From contig JAQWMB010000019.1 in NCBI GenBank assembly GCA_029246995.1, positions 3,483 to 67,482 on the forward strand: a DNA stretch of 64,000 nt. Direction: 5' to 3'. A program made the position numbers and the translations under genes. This document shows positions 21,365 to 31,419 of the stretch, in pieces. The notes under the pieces were generated by a model. It ran no database searches and was not told the origin of the DNA. It was given only the letters and a program-made list of their open reading frames with translations. Within the stretch, counting starts at the first letter, position 1, and each line of letters begins with the position of its first letter. Origin of the DNA: Dehalococcoidia bacterium (GTDB taxonomy: Bacteria; Chloroflexota; Dehalococcoidia; UBA2979).

Positions 21365-21521
21365 CTATGCCTTATCACTATTTATACTATTCTATAATAT
21401 CTTGATATAAATAAATAACTTATTTTATTCGTTATTGAGTAAAAATAATTTTTGATTTATCATTCTATTATATATAAATATGCTTAAACATATAAAGAAT
21501 TTCATTTAAGGAGATTTTGTA

Positions 21522-21974
21522 ATGAACAGAGATCTAACTGCAGCCAATACACAGAATGATAGTGATGTCAATAGGGATCTGACTGTTGGCTCCCCATTAG
21601 TTAATGTAAGTAATAAAGAAATCGTGAACATTACTTCATTTGCTGCAGAAAAAGCGAAACAATTAATGCAAGACAGAAATTTGAATGATGCTGCATTAAG
21701 AATATTTGTAACACCGGGAGGATGTGCTGGATATGAATACGGCATGTCTATAGCTGAGACTGTTGAAGTATCAGATAAATTAATCGAATCAGAAGGATTG
21801 AAAATTGTAGTTGATAATGCTGCAGTACCACTGATTAGTGGCATGGAAATTGATTACATTGATGATATTATGAAATCAGGATTTACAATTAATAATCCAA
21901 ATGCAACAGCATCTTGTAAATGTGGGACTTCTTTTCAAACAGCTGGTAATTCAGGTAGCCCAAGTTCATGTTAA
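21522..21974 (+). CDS. HesB/IscA/ErpA-family iron-sulfur cluster insertion protein with an N-terminal extension
   Basis: 150 aa with LRIFVTPGGCAGYEY and a C-terminal CKCGTSF cysteine triad. AAGGAG lies 8 nt upstream of the ATG. The first ~35 aa are low-complexity and carry a duplicated NRDLT. Confidence 0.88.
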   Translation: MNRDLTAANTQNDSDVNRDLTVGSPLVNVSNKEIVNITSFAAEKAKQLMQDRNLNDAALRIFVTPGGCAGYEYGMSIAETVEVSDKLIESEGLKIVVDNAAVPLISGMEIDYIDDIMKSGFTINNPNATASCKCGTSFQTAGNSGSPSSC

Positions 21975-21990
21975 TGTAATGAGCTAACAA

Positions 21991-22473
21991 GTGATTTCTT
22001 CAAGGCCTGATCCAAGAGATTCTAACTGGAACAATATTGATTATTGGAATGATAGAATTAAAGATGTTGTTGGTGGTTCAATTCCTATTATTTTTGAAGA
22101 AGTCTCATTAGACCAAGTTATTTTAAGTTTAGAAGTTGATCATCGTTCTCATCAACCAAGTGGTATTTTGCATGGAGGTATTTCAGTTTTATTGGCTGAA
22201 ACAGCTGCCTCAGTTGCTGCACATAGAAATACGGCTCCAGGCAAAAGAATTGTAGGACTTGAAATTAATGCAAATCATATTCGCTCCGTATCAAGCGGTA
22301 AGATTTATGCAAAGGCTGAACCTATACATATTGGTCGCTCAACACAAATATGGTCTATAAAGATTACTGACTCTAAAAAAAGAACAGTATGTTTATCGAG
22401 ATGCACCATTGCAGTTCTCGAAAAAAGTTCCGACGAAGTGGAAAATGAAATTCCAGAAAAATACAGAAGTTAG
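21991..22473 (+). CDS. PaaI-type hotdog-fold thioesterase
   Basis: 160 aa with the motif HQPSGILHGGISVLLAETAAS. Confidence 0.8.
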   Translation: MISSRPDPRDSNWNNIDYWNDRIKDVVGGSIPIIFEEVSLDQVILSLEVDHRSHQPSGILHGGISVLLAETAASVAAHRNTAPGKRIVGLEINANHIRSVSSGKIYAKAEPIHIGRSTQIWSIKITDSKKRTVCLSRCTIAVLEKSSDEVENEIPEKYRS

Positions 22474-22489
22474 TCAATTAAGTTTAGTA

Positions 22490-23029
22490 ATGAGGGCAAT
22501 TATGGATAATCAAGAATCAGAGATATTAAAAAAGTTTGCCTCACAGTTTATTGGTGAGTTAATACAAAAATTCATAGATGTTATTGATGATTGCTCAATG
22601 GAAGATTTGCATTATGTTCCTGTAGGAACAGGCAATCATATTGGCTTTTTGGCATGGCATGTTATGAGAAGCATTGATAATGTTATTTTCTTTGCCTTTG
22701 ATAGAGAAAAACCAATTTGGTTACAGAAAAAATATAATGAATTAATGGATTTGCCAAAAATAGATCAAGGGACAGATTATTCTTCTGAAGAAGCTAATCA
22801 ATTAATTATTCATGAAAAAGAGCATTTGATTAATTACTGTAAAGATTTAGCCAAGGCTATCGATGAAAAAATACTTAATGTCGATGATCATTATTTATTT
22901 GAAATTAATAAAGTTGTACCTTGGGGTGAGATACCGCGTATTGAATCTATAGGTAAAATGATGATTGCCCATGGTAATGAACATTTGGGTGAAGCGCAGG
23001 CAATTTTGTCAATTACAAAAAATAAATAA
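22490..23029 (+). CDS. DinB-family (four-helix bundle, metal-binding) protein
   Basis: His-containing helices are present (LAWHVMRSID; IAHGNEHLGEA). The track start at 22409 overlaps the upstream gene by 65 nt, so ATG 22490 is preferred. Confidence 0.55.
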   Translation: MRAIMDNQESEILKKFASQFIGELIQKFIDVIDDCSMEDLHYVPVGTGNHIGFLAWHVMRSIDNVIFFAFDREKPIWLQKKYNELMDLPKIDQGTDYSSEEANQLIIHEKEHLINYCKDLAKAIDEKILNVDDHYLFEINKVVPWGEIPRIESIGKMMIAHGNEHLGEAQAILSITKNK

Positions 23030-23040
23030 AAGATGTAAAT

Positions 23041-23925
23041 ATGAGCTTAGAGCCACTTCCTCTGGTAGTTTTATTAGGCATGATGCAAATTATTTTAGGA
23101 GGGTATTTTTTTCTATCTCTTATTGAAAATAAGCTTGATGCACCACGCTCTAGTAGAGGATATATATTAACTCTTACAATTACTTATTTTCCTTTCACAG
23201 TCTTATCTTTTTTGCTATTTTTTTCATCATATGAAAATTTTCAAAAAATTATAATGTTTGCTCTTAATGAGCCATTAATTTTAAATTTTACAAGCGTAAG
23301 TATTTTAGAAGCTCTTTTTGCAATTATGGCTATTGCTTCTTTTTTACATTTTTTATGTACATGGCGATTTAATAGTAAGAAATTTTTATCGTCAGATAAG
23401 ACAAGATTAAAAATTTCTAATTTTATTATTTTTATTATAATAATTATTTTTTTATTGCTATTCAAGAATTTTGAAACAAGTTGGCAAGGCGTACTATTGT
23501 TATTAATTCATTCAGTGATAGTTGGATTATTCGTTTCAGGTGCACTCACTGCAATGACTTGGGGTCATTGGTATTTAGTCACACCAAGCTTACCAAAGGA
23601 GCCACTTGAATTTTTAACGAAATCTTTGATCATGATTATTATTTTAAGTTGCTTTTTTTTCGTGATAGGATTGGCATTAAATTATAAAGTTGTTGATATA
23701 GGTATTAATACTTTAGGTATTAATCTTGTAGTGAATCCTGCACTATGGTTACGGTTTATGATTGGTATTTTTCTACCATTGATTTTAACTTATTTTGCCT
23801 ATAAAGCATCAAAAATGAATGGGATGATGTCAGCGACAGGTTTGTTATATTTAGTTTTAGGTGCTGCCCTTGCTGGGAGTTTTTTGTCAAATGCTTTAAT
23901 ATTTGAAATTGGAATTACAACATAA
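23041..23925 (+). CDS. hypothetical polytopic membrane protein
   Basis: 294 aa with about 8 hydrophobic segments. I recognise no family motif. Confidence 0.55.
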   Translation: MSLEPLPLVVLLGMMQIILGGYFFLSLIENKLDAPRSSRGYILTLTITYFPFTVLSFLLFFSSYENFQKIIMFALNEPLILNFTSVSILEALFAIMAIASFLHFLCTWRFNSKKFLSSDKTRLKISNFIIFIIIIIFLLLFKNFETSWQGVLLLLIHSVIVGLFVSGALTAMTWGHWYLVTPSLPKEPLEFLTKSLIMIIILSCFFFVIGLALNYKVVDIGINTLGINLVVNPALWLRFMIGIFLPLILTYFAYKASKMNGMMSATGLLYLVLGAALAGSFLSNALIFEIGITT

Positions 23926-23935
23926 TATTAAATTA

Positions 23936-24994
23936 TTATTCTGATAAGCGCTTAGAAATGTATAGTAATGTTTCTCTTAAAAATGCATATCCAGGTAGAG
24001 CGAACAATAGACCAAAGAAACCAAACAGATATCCGCAAATGACTAATAAAAGTAGTGTTATTGCTGGCTGTACATCAATAGTATCAGAATGAACTTTTGG
24101 TACTAAGATTAAATTTTCAATTAATTGAATTGCAAAATAAATAAGAATTACAGGGAGTATTAGTCCAGAATCAAAACTTAGTACAATAAGTAATGCTGGT
24201 ATTAAAGCAATCCATGGACCAATAACAGGAATTAATTCTGTTATACCGGCTATGATTCCTAAAGCAAATGACATTGGAACATCAATAATAGTTAATGCAA
24301 TCCCAGTTGCAATTCCTACAACGATAGCTAGAATAAATTGCCCTCTAAAATAATTTCCGATTATTTTTTCAAAAATACCAATAACATTTTTGATATCTTT
24401 ACTCATATGATCTGGGACAATCTCCAATATATTCTTTTTATTGAAAGTATCATCTCTCATTACATAGAACATCCAAAATGGAGTTAACAAAAAACCAAAA
24501 AGAATTGCAATTGTATTTGTAAGATAACTTATGAAATTCTTGGTAAATTGAGCAATATTATCTGATAATGTTAGACTTACTTCTGAAAGGTAGCTATCTA
24601 TCTGGACTTGAGTTTCGATTGGCACTTGATTTCGATACTGGTTTAGTAAATCAATAAATTGAACTCTCGCTTTTTCAGTTATTTCTGGTAGGTCATCTGT
24701 GAATTGGATAACTTGTTTGGAAATTCCATCTCCAATGATTAATAGTGTCATTAAGGTTATTATTCCTAAAAAGCCGTATACAAAAATGATGGCTATCATT
24801 CTTTTCAATTGCGGAGATGCTATTCCAGATTTTTGTATCAAGGTGGCAGTTCGATTTACAAGTGGTTTTAAGATATATGCGAGGATACCACCTATGAAGA
24901 ATGGAATCAGTGCTGTGCGTGCAAGCCAGACCATTGTAATTATAATAGCTGCGACACTTAACCAAAGATAAAAAAGGAGATGGTTTTTTTTCAT
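23936..24994 (-). CDS. AI-2E (PerM/UPF0118) family transporter
   Basis: 352 aa, polytopic, with a characteristic ELIPVIGPWIALIPA segment. Confidence 0.72.
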   Translation of the reverse strand: MKKNHLLFYLWLSVAAIIITMVWLARTALIPFFIGGILAYILKPLVNRTATLIQKSGIASPQLKRMIAIIFVYGFLGIITLMTLLIIGDGISKQVIQFTDDLPEITEKARVQFIDLLNQYRNQVPIETQVQIDSYLSEVSLTLSDNIAQFTKNFISYLTNTIAILFGFLLTPFWMFYVMRDDTFNKKNILEIVPDHMSKDIKNVIGIFEKIIGNYFRGQFILAIVVGIATGIALTIIDVPMSFALGIIAGITELIPVIGPWIALIPALLIVLSFDSGLILPVILIYFAIQLIENLILVPKVHSDTIDVQPAITLLLLVICGYLFGFFGLLFALPGYAFLRETLLYISKRLSE

Positions 24995-25052
24995 AAATCA
25001 AAGCAATCTAAATATATTTTTTATGAGTATAATGTTAGCAGATTACTTATGT

Positions 25053-26375
25053 TTAGTTACTAGAAGATATCCACTCATTATAATTATTGTGATAATTAAC
25101 CTTTTTTTGTAGTTCATGTATTTTTGTAATTATTTTTTCAAACTGTTGTTCATTTAAACTTTCTTTTTTGTTAAGGAAATCTTGTACTGCATCAGCAGTT
25201 AGTTTACCAGCTTGATTATCTAATGGATTTAAGTAACTATTAATAACATAATCAGCTACTTTTTCGGCGTGCTTTAATGAGTCTCGTATATTTCCTTTAC
25301 CAGTCACTACATTACCTGCTAAGAAAACCCCTTCTTTTTCTGCATAAATACCCAGCGACTTATCCATTACTTTAAAGGTTTCACCCTCCATGGCTATCCC
25401 TTTAATTGGTTCTGGTATTGAGCCAATGGATGATATAATTTGATTAGTATTTATTATTACAGTCTCATCTAAAACTTTCACTTTTCCTTCACTGATAGCT
25501 GTTTTATTAATAGTTATCCCTTCAAGGATATTATTATTTATAATTAATGAATTTGGTGAAGAAAGTGATTGAAAATTGAATAAAAACTTGTCTTTTGCTT
25601 TATTTAGTATTTTTTTACGAACATTTTTAATTTTTTCTCTAGCATCATTCGTTGCATTTTCAGGTAAATCTGCTAAGGGCATATCTTCTGCATTTCTTCT
25701 GTAAATGATTGTGCAGCCTTTAATCTTTAAATCATCATAATTGATATTAAGTTTTTCACAAATTCTTGGAATACCAAGTGTCTCTATTTCTTCAATGTCT
25801 AAATGCTGATTTAATTTATTATTGATTGCATTACGAAATAATTCAATTTGACAAGCTTTGGCTACATCAATTGATGCAAGGCCTCCACCAATAATGACTA
25901 CGCCATCTTTTATTTCTATATTATTTTTTTGACTTATTTCGTCTTGGTGATTAAACCAATATATGAAATCATTTTGATAAATAAATGAATTAGGTTCTAA
26001 GTTATCTAAGCCATCAAGTAGCAATGGTCTATCTTTTGATGCACCTATTGCTAAGATAATAGCTGAAAAATTAAGCTCATTAACAAGTTCTTCAAAATCT
26101 ATGTCTTTACCAAGCTTCGTTTTGGGAACGTAGAAAATGTTAGGATTATTGAGCCTATCATTAATTTTTTCGTATTCTTGTTCACGTTGCCTTTTATGCC
26201 ATTTAGGTAAGCCATCTTCAATTTTTCCAAATGGTTTTGCATTTTGTTCTATCACAACAACTTGATAACCTTTTTCAGTTAAAGAAGATGCAGCCACTGA
26301 ACCAGAAACAGCACCACCAATAACTGCAATGAAGTGATTGTTATTTTTTGACAAAAGTACTTCCTTTTTGATCAA
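25053..26375 (-). CDS. FAD/NAD(P)-binding oxidoreductase (FprA / glutamate-synthase-small-subunit-like)
   Basis: 440 aa with two dinucleotide-binding folds (AVIGGAVSGSVAA; VVIIGGGLASIDVA). Confidence 0.7.
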   Translation of the reverse strand: MIKKEVLLSKNNNHFIAVIGGAVSGSVAASSLTEKGYQVVVIEQNAKPFGKIEDGLPKWHKRQREQEYEKINDRLNNPNIFYVPKTKLGKDIDFEELVNELNFSAIILAIGASKDRPLLLDGLDNLEPNSFIYQNDFIYWFNHQDEISQKNNIEIKDGVVIIGGGLASIDVAKACQIELFRNAINNKLNQHLDIEEIETLGIPRICEKLNINYDDLKIKGCTIIYRRNAEDMPLADLPENATNDAREKIKNVRKKILNKAKDKFLFNFQSLSSPNSLIINNNILEGITINKTAISEGKVKVLDETVIINTNQIISSIGSIPEPIKGIAMEGETFKVMDKSLGIYAEKEGVFLAGNVVTGKGNIRDSLKHAEKVADYVINSYLNPLDNQAGKLTADAVQDFLNKKESLNEQQFEKIITKIHELQKKVNYHNNYNEWISSSN

Positions 26376-26506
26376 TTGTTTTTTATTATCAATAAAACGT
26401 ATATCTAATTTTCCTTTCGCTCAATCTTTATTTAAAACAAAATAGGAATGAAATAAGAATGCTATAGAATTAGGATCTCAAAAATTAATAATTAGTTAGG
26501 ACATTT

Positions 26507-26899
26507 ATGAAGTTGAATTTTTTCTCTCTGGAGCAAGATTTTTCTTTTAGTGAAGAAATAGTATTTAGTAATGATTATTTTCAAAAATATAATGCTGCTA
26601 CATCATCTCAAATTAGTAATCAATTTTCTGATAAAATATCTCCTCTTGCAGCTACAGCAATTATCCTTGGACAATTGTTAGATAAATTTGATATCCCAAT
26701 AGGATTATTCCATACTGGGCAAAACGTAAATGCGTTTAATTTTATTTACCCAAGTATTAAATTAGATTTGCTTTTTGCAATATCTAGATCAACAATTAAA
26801 AATAACGCAAAATTTGTAACATTTGATTTTCAATTAATGCATGATCGGAAGCTCCTTATTTCAGGGAATACAAATGTTACTGCAAAGTTAGAAAACTGA
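26507..26899 (+). CDS. hypothetical protein, possible non-catalytic hotdog partner subunit
   Basis: 130-aa ORF that ends 2 nt before a MaoC-type gene. The size and position mirror the other split hotdog pairs in this window. No diagnostic motif. Confidence 0.45.
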   Translation: MKLNFFSLEQDFSFSEEIVFSNDYFQKYNAATSSQISNQFSDKISPLAATAIILGQLLDKFDIPIGLFHTGQNVNAFNFIYPSIKLDLLFAISRSTIKNNAKFVTFDFQLMHDRKLLISGNTNVTAKLEN

Positions 26900-26901
26900 T
26901 C

Positions 26902-27291
26902 ATGATTAATAAAGTATTAACTATTCCTTCAATAATAAAAAAAATTGACCAGCAGTTAGTTAATAAATATGCGATTGCTGCCAATGATCCAAACCCTATC
27001 CATACCGATCCGAATATAGCTCAACATACTATTTTTAAAAAACCTGTCGCTCATGGAATGTTGATTGCTTCTGCAATTTCTGAAGCTATGACATCAGCAT
27101 ATGGTGATGATTGGTTTCAGTATGGTTCTATTCAAATAAAATGGAAAGCACCAGCGATTACTCCGATTGAAATATTTACAGAGATAACTTTTGCTAAGGA
27201 AGATGAAGTAGCAATTACTTACAATGCAAAGTGTTTTAATGAAGACGGCACTATGCTCATTATTGGCAAAGTGTCACTAAGAAGAAATTAA
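26902..27291 (+). CDS. MaoC-like (R)-specific enoyl-CoA hydratase-fold protein
   Basis: 129 aa with the motif NDPNPIHTDPNIAQHTIFKKPVAHGML. Confidence 0.8.
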   Translation: MINKVLTIPSIIKKIDQQLVNKYAIAANDPNPIHTDPNIAQHTIFKKPVAHGMLIASAISEAMTSAYGDDWFQYGSIQIKWKAPAITPIEIFTEITFAKEDEVAITYNAKCFNEDGTMLIIGKVSLRRN

Positions 27292-27301
27292 TAATATATT
27301 T

Positions 27302-27733
27302 ATGAATAATTTTAAATTACGACAACACAATTGTTTTGGCTGCGGGTTGAAAAATGATATTGGCTTAAAATTAAATTTCACTAAAAAAAATGATTTAATT
27401 GTTGGAAGCTTCGTTGCACACAAAGATTATGAGGGATTTCCTGATATTTTACATGGAGGGATCCAGACAACTATTCTTGATGAGGCAATGAATTGGGCCT
27501 TTCTTGTTGAAGGAATATTTGTATTTACTATAAAGGTAGAAATGAAATTTAGAATTCCAATTCGGATTGGTCAAAAAGTTATAATCGAAGCCGAGGGTCA
27601 AAGAGATAAGAAAAAATTTAAAGCATCTGGAAGAATTTATATAGAGTCTGGCAAGCTAGCAACTGAAGCATTAGGTGAATTTTATCAAATGAAGAATGAT
27701 GAAAAAAATAATTTTTTAAAGCAAATTAATTAA
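27302..27733 (+). CDS. PaaI/4HBT-family hotdog thioesterase
   Basis: 143 aa with an N-terminal CFGCG..N..GL and the motif ILHGGIQTTILDEAM. Confidence 0.75.
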   Translation: MNNFKLRQHNCFGCGLKNDIGLKLNFTKKNDLIVGSFVAHKDYEGFPDILHGGIQTTILDEAMNWAFLVEGIFVFTIKVEMKFRIPIRIGQKVIIEAEGQRDKKKFKASGRIYIESGKLATEALGEFYQMKNDEKNNFLKQIN

Positions 27734-27743
27734 GCACAGACAT

Positions 27744-28946
27744 TTATATTAGTTGAACGTTATTGCGTTTTTCTTTTCCAAAGATTATAAAAAAGACTAG
27801 AGCAATAATAATAATTATTGTATTTGCTGTTAGGCTTGCTCCAAGACCATGTTTATCTGCAATGTAGCCTAAAATTGGTGGTCCAATAACAAAGCCTACA
27901 TCACCAGCAGTTCGGTACATACTCATTGCTATTCCTGTAATTTCTTTTGGAGTGATATCAACGACAAATGCTGCAGGTGCTGGACCGGCCATTGCCATTG
28001 AAATACTAATTAAAATTGATGCAATTAGAAAAAAGATAAAATTATTTGCTATTACAAATAAAAGAAGGAAGATCGATGTTGCGGCTATACTAGGAATAAT
28101 AAGCCATCGTCTTCCTATTTTATCTGCTAAGAATGATGCTGGAAATAGAAAACAAAAATGAACAACTGCTTGAATTGTGAATATTGCTCCTAGAAGACCA
28201 GTCGTGATATTTAATTTTGTTACAGCTAATAAAGGAATGATTGTATGCCTGCTTCCTTGCCTTGTTAAGAATATGCATACAGTAATAAGTGCAATAGAAA
28301 TGAATTGTGACGACTTTAATAATTTTAAAAATAGCGCCATTTTATTTTTTGATTGTGCAGATTTTCCTTTTTTAGATCTCTGTTTTTTAAGAGTCTCTGG
28401 TAAATAAAAAGCACTATAGATACTAGTAATTGCAACTACTATACTGATTACATAAAATGGCATTCGAAGATTATAAATTTCGGCAAGTATACCACCAATT
28501 GCAGGTCCAATTGCAACGCCTGTTAAAAGAGCCGCTTGATTCATACCAATAAATCTTGCCCGATTATGATCGCTTGCAATATCTGATATGTAAGCTAATG
28601 CTGCCAATGTATACATGCCATGTCCAATACCTGAAATAAATCTTGAAATTAATAAAATTGTTAAATTAGTTGAAAAGCCAGTAAGTAAAATACCGCATGC
28701 ATTAATTAATGGCCCTATGATCAGTAAAGGCCTCCTACCAATCTTATCTGTCAAAATTCCTATCGGAAAATTAAATAATAATCTAGCAAATGCAAAAATT
28801 GAAACAGCAAATCCTATAGAACGAATACTTACATTTAATTCTTTCGCAAATATGGGTAAAATAGGAGAAATAACTCCCTGTCCAGATGAAATGAGAGCAG
28901 TTGCAATGCATAGTATCAGTAGTTGATTTTTTAAGATTTTATTAAT
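27744..28946 (-). CDS. MFS transporter (start codon uncertain; conserved N-terminus lacks ATG/GTG/TTG)
   Basis: The track ORF (TTG 28754) begins inside MFS motif A (GILTDKIGRRPLL). The frame is open 64 codons further upstream to stop TAA 28947-28949. That stretch encodes a typical TM1-loop-TM2 (INKILKNQLLILCIATALISSGQGVISPILPIFAKELNVSIRSIGFAVSIFAFARLLFNFPIG). AAGGA lies 9 nt upstream of ATT 28946. Confidence 0.75.
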   Translation of the reverse strand: MNKILKNQLLILCIATALISSGQGVISPILPIFAKELNVSIRSIGFAVSIFAFARLLFNFPIGILTDKIGRRPLLIIGPLINACGILLTGFSTNLTILLISRFISGIGHGMYTLAALAYISDIASDHNRARFIGMNQAALLTGVAIGPAIGGILAEIYNLRMPFYVISIVVAITSIYSAFYLPETLKKQRSKKGKSAQSKNKMALFLKLLKSSQFISIALITVCIFLTRQGSRHTIIPLLAVTKLNITTGLLGAIFTIQAVVHFCFLFPASFLADKIGRRWLIIPSIAATSIFLLLFVIANNFIFFLIASILISISMAMAGPAPAAFVVDITPKEITGIAMSMYRTAGDVGFVIGPPILGYIADKHGLGASLTANTIIIIIALVFFIIFGKEKRNNVQLI

Positions 28947-29106
28947 TTATGGAATTCCTTATTATTTTTTACTTACTTATGTGTAAATTTATATTCATAG
29001 CATTGTGGAGTTAGTCAATAATTATTTATTAATTGTAGACTATTATAGTAAAGTATATTAAATTTGATAACGCCGGGATAGTTCATTATTATACTTTGGA
29101 GTAAAT

Positions 29107-29859
29107 GTGACAAAAAAACTATTAGATATAAAAGATTTACATGTTTCTTTATCTGAAAATAAAGATATAAAAATTTTAAACGGCCTGGAACTTTCAATTA
29201 ATCCAGGTGAGATACATGCAATTATGGGTCCTAACGGCTCAGGTAAAAGCACTTTAGCAAATACTATTGCTGGCAATCCAATGTATAAAATTGATGGAGG
29301 TGGCATTGCTTTGAATGAAGAAGATATCACTAGTTTAAGTCCTGATGAAAGAGCTAGAAAAGGATTATTTTTATCATTTCAGTATCCCACAGCTATTCCC
29401 GGAGTAACAATGGTGAACATGCTTCGATCTTCAATTAAATCTATAAGAGGTGAAGAGCCTTCTGCTCGTGAATTTATTAATGAGTTGAAAGAAACTTTAA
29501 ATAGGCTACAAATGGATGAATCATTTGCAAGAAGGTACGTAAATGATGGTTTTTCTGGTGGTGAAAAAAAACGTGCTGAAATTCTTCAACTAGGTATGTT
29601 AAAACCAAATTTAGCAATTTTAGATGAAACTGATTCAGGTTTAGATGTAGATGCACTACGTGCTGTAGCTGATGGTATTAATACTCTAAAGACACCAGAA
29701 ATGGGTATTTTAATGATTACTCATTATGAAAGAATATTGAATTACGTTACTCCTGATTACGTGCATATTTTAGTAGATGGAAAAATCGTTAAATCAGGCG
29801 GATTCGAATTAGCAAAAGAAATTGAGGCTCAAGGTTACGATCCTATATTAAAAGAGTAG
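29107..29859 (+). CDS. sufC: Fe-S cluster assembly ATPase SufC
   Basis: 250 aa with GPNGSGKST, FSGGEKKR and ILDETDSGLD. GTG start, preceded by GGAG. Confidence 0.95.
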   Translation: MTKKLLDIKDLHVSLSENKDIKILNGLELSINPGEIHAIMGPNGSGKSTLANTIAGNPMYKIDGGGIALNEEDITSLSPDERARKGLFLSFQYPTAIPGVTMVNMLRSSIKSIRGEEPSAREFINELKETLNRLQMDESFARRYVNDGFSGGEKKRAEILQLGMLKPNLAILDETDSGLDVDALRAVADGINTLKTPEMGILMITHYERILNYVTPDYVHILVDGKIVKSGGFELAKEIEAQGYDPILKE

Positions 29860-29970
29860 ATACTGTAACTGTTATGCAGTAATGACTATGAATAAAGCTT
29901 ATGGAGCCTAATCATAGAATAGAAATTGAAATTGAAATAAACTAATATCAGTATAAAGATTGGGTAACAA

Positions 29971-31383
29971 ATGGTAAAACCAGAAGCAAAATCAGTAGTT
30001 GGTGAGTACAAGTGGGGCTTTCATGATGATGAAAAACCTTTATATAAAGCTGACAAAGGGCTTAATGAAGAAATAGTCAGGGAAATATCAAAGATAAAAT
30101 CTGAACCAAAATGGATGTTAGAAAAGCGTCTTAATGCTTTAGAAATATTTAATCAAGCCAAAAATCCTGAATGGCCTGGCGGTTCAGATTTACTTGAAAG
30201 CATAGACTTTGATAATATTAGATATTACGTTCGAGCAACTGATAAAGATTCTACAGACTGGGACGACGTACCTGAATACATCAAAGACACATTTGACAAA
30301 CTTGGTATTCCTGAAGCAGAAAAGCAATTTTTGGCTGGCGCTGGGGCTCAGTATGATTCTGAAGTTGTTTATCATAATATTCGTGAAGATTTAGCCAAGC
30401 AAGGTGTTTTATTTTTAGCGATGGACCAAGCTTTAGAAGAGTATCCTGAAATTGTTAAAGAATACTTTGGCACAGTTATCCCTTCAGGTGACAATAAATA
30501 TGCTGCCTTAAATACTTCTGTGTGGTCGGGTGGTTCATTTATTTACGTCCCACCAGGTGTTAAAATTGATATTCCTTTACAAGCTTATTTTAGAATTAAC
30601 ACTGAAAATATGGGCCAATTTGAGAGAACATTGATTATTGCTGATGAAGGTTCTTATGTTCATTACGTTGAAGGATGTACTGCGCCCACTTATAGTACTG
30701 ATTCTCTTCACTCTGCAGTTGTAGAAATTATTGTAAAGAAAAATGCACGTGTAAGATATACGACAATCCAAAATTGGTCTAATAATGTTTATAATTTGGT
30801 TACAAAGCGAGCTGTTGCTTATCAAGATGCTGTGATGGAATGGGTTGATGGTAATATAGGTTCTAAATTGACCATGAAATATCCTTCAGTTTATTTGATG
30901 GAACCAGGAGCTCATGGAGAAATTCTTTCATTAGCATTTGCAGGTGATAATCAACATCAAGATGCAGGTGGAAAAGTAGTACATGTTGCTCCAAACACTT
31001 CCTCGGCAATTGTATCGAAGTCTGTTTCCAGAGGGGCTGGCCGGACATCCTATAGAGGCTTGTTGAAGGTACATGAAGGAGCAGAAAACAGTTCGTCTAC
31101 AGTTCGTTGTGATGCATTATTACTAGATGATTTATCTAGGTCAGATACTTACCCAACTATGGAAGTTGATTCTGACAATGTTAATATTGGTCACGAGGCG
31201 TCTGTTTCAAAGCTGGGTGATGATCAGCTGTTCTATCTTATGAGTCGTGGAATCAATGAAGAAGAAGCAGCAAAGATGGTTGTGAATGGTTTTGTGGAGC
31301 CAATTGTTAAAGAGCTTCCAATGGAATATGCAATTGAATTAAATCGTCTAATAGAATTACAAATGGAAGGTTCAGTTGGCTAG
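29971..31383 (+). CDS. sufB: Fe-S cluster assembly scaffold SufB
   Basis: 470 aa following sufC, with a conserved SufB core ([22 protein letters not shown]). Confidence 0.95.
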   Translation: MVKPEAKSVVGEYKWGFHDDEKPLYKADKGLNEEIVREISKIKSEPKWMLEKRLNALEIFNQAKNPEWPGGSDLLESIDFDNIRYYVRATDKDSTDWDDVPEYIKDTFDKLGIPEAEKQFLAGAGAQYDSEVVYHNIREDLAKQGVLFLAMDQALEEYPEIVKEYFGTVIPSGDNKYAALNTSVWSGGSFIYVPPGVKIDIPLQAYFRINTENMGQFERTLIIADEGSYVHYVEGCTAPTYSTDSLHSAVVEIIVKKNARVRYTTIQNWSNNVYNLVTKRAVAYQDAVMEWVDGNIGSKLTMKYPSVYLMEPGAHGEILSLAFAGDNQHQDAGGKVVHVAPNTSSAIVSKSVSRGAGRTSYRGLLKVHEGAENSSSTVRCDALLLDDLSRSDTYPTMEVDSDNVNIGHEASVSKLGDDQLFYLMSRGINEEEAAKMVVNGFVEPIVKELPMEYAIELNRLIELQMEGSVG

Positions 31384-31419
31384 TTCAATATTTAAAATTA
31401 GCTTGAATAGACTATAATT

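Noticed and set aside
21506-21844. 112-aa minus-strand ORF overlapping the IscA-like gene.
   Set aside because: The plus-strand gene has a strong SD (AAGGAG) and the full A-type carrier cysteine triad. The antisense translation has no features.
24693-25001. 102-aa minus-strand ORF and 90-aa plus-strand ORF overlapping the 5' part of the AI-2E transporter gene.
   Set aside because: They are out of frame or antisense within a continuous 352-aa membrane protein ORF, and they have no independent support.
29015-29330. Two minus-strand ORFs (60 and 90 aa) across the sufC start and promoter region.
   Set aside because: They overlap sufC, which has Walker A and signature motifs on the plus strand. 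Their translations are nondescript.
29860-29970. The sufC-sufB spacer, containing GAAATT GAAATT GAAATA (29922-29939) and a 14-codon mini-ORF (MEPNHRIEIEIEIN).
   Set aside because: The repeat is only three short AT-rich units and the mini-ORF has no SD. It is most likely chance, so I mention it only under the suf finding.
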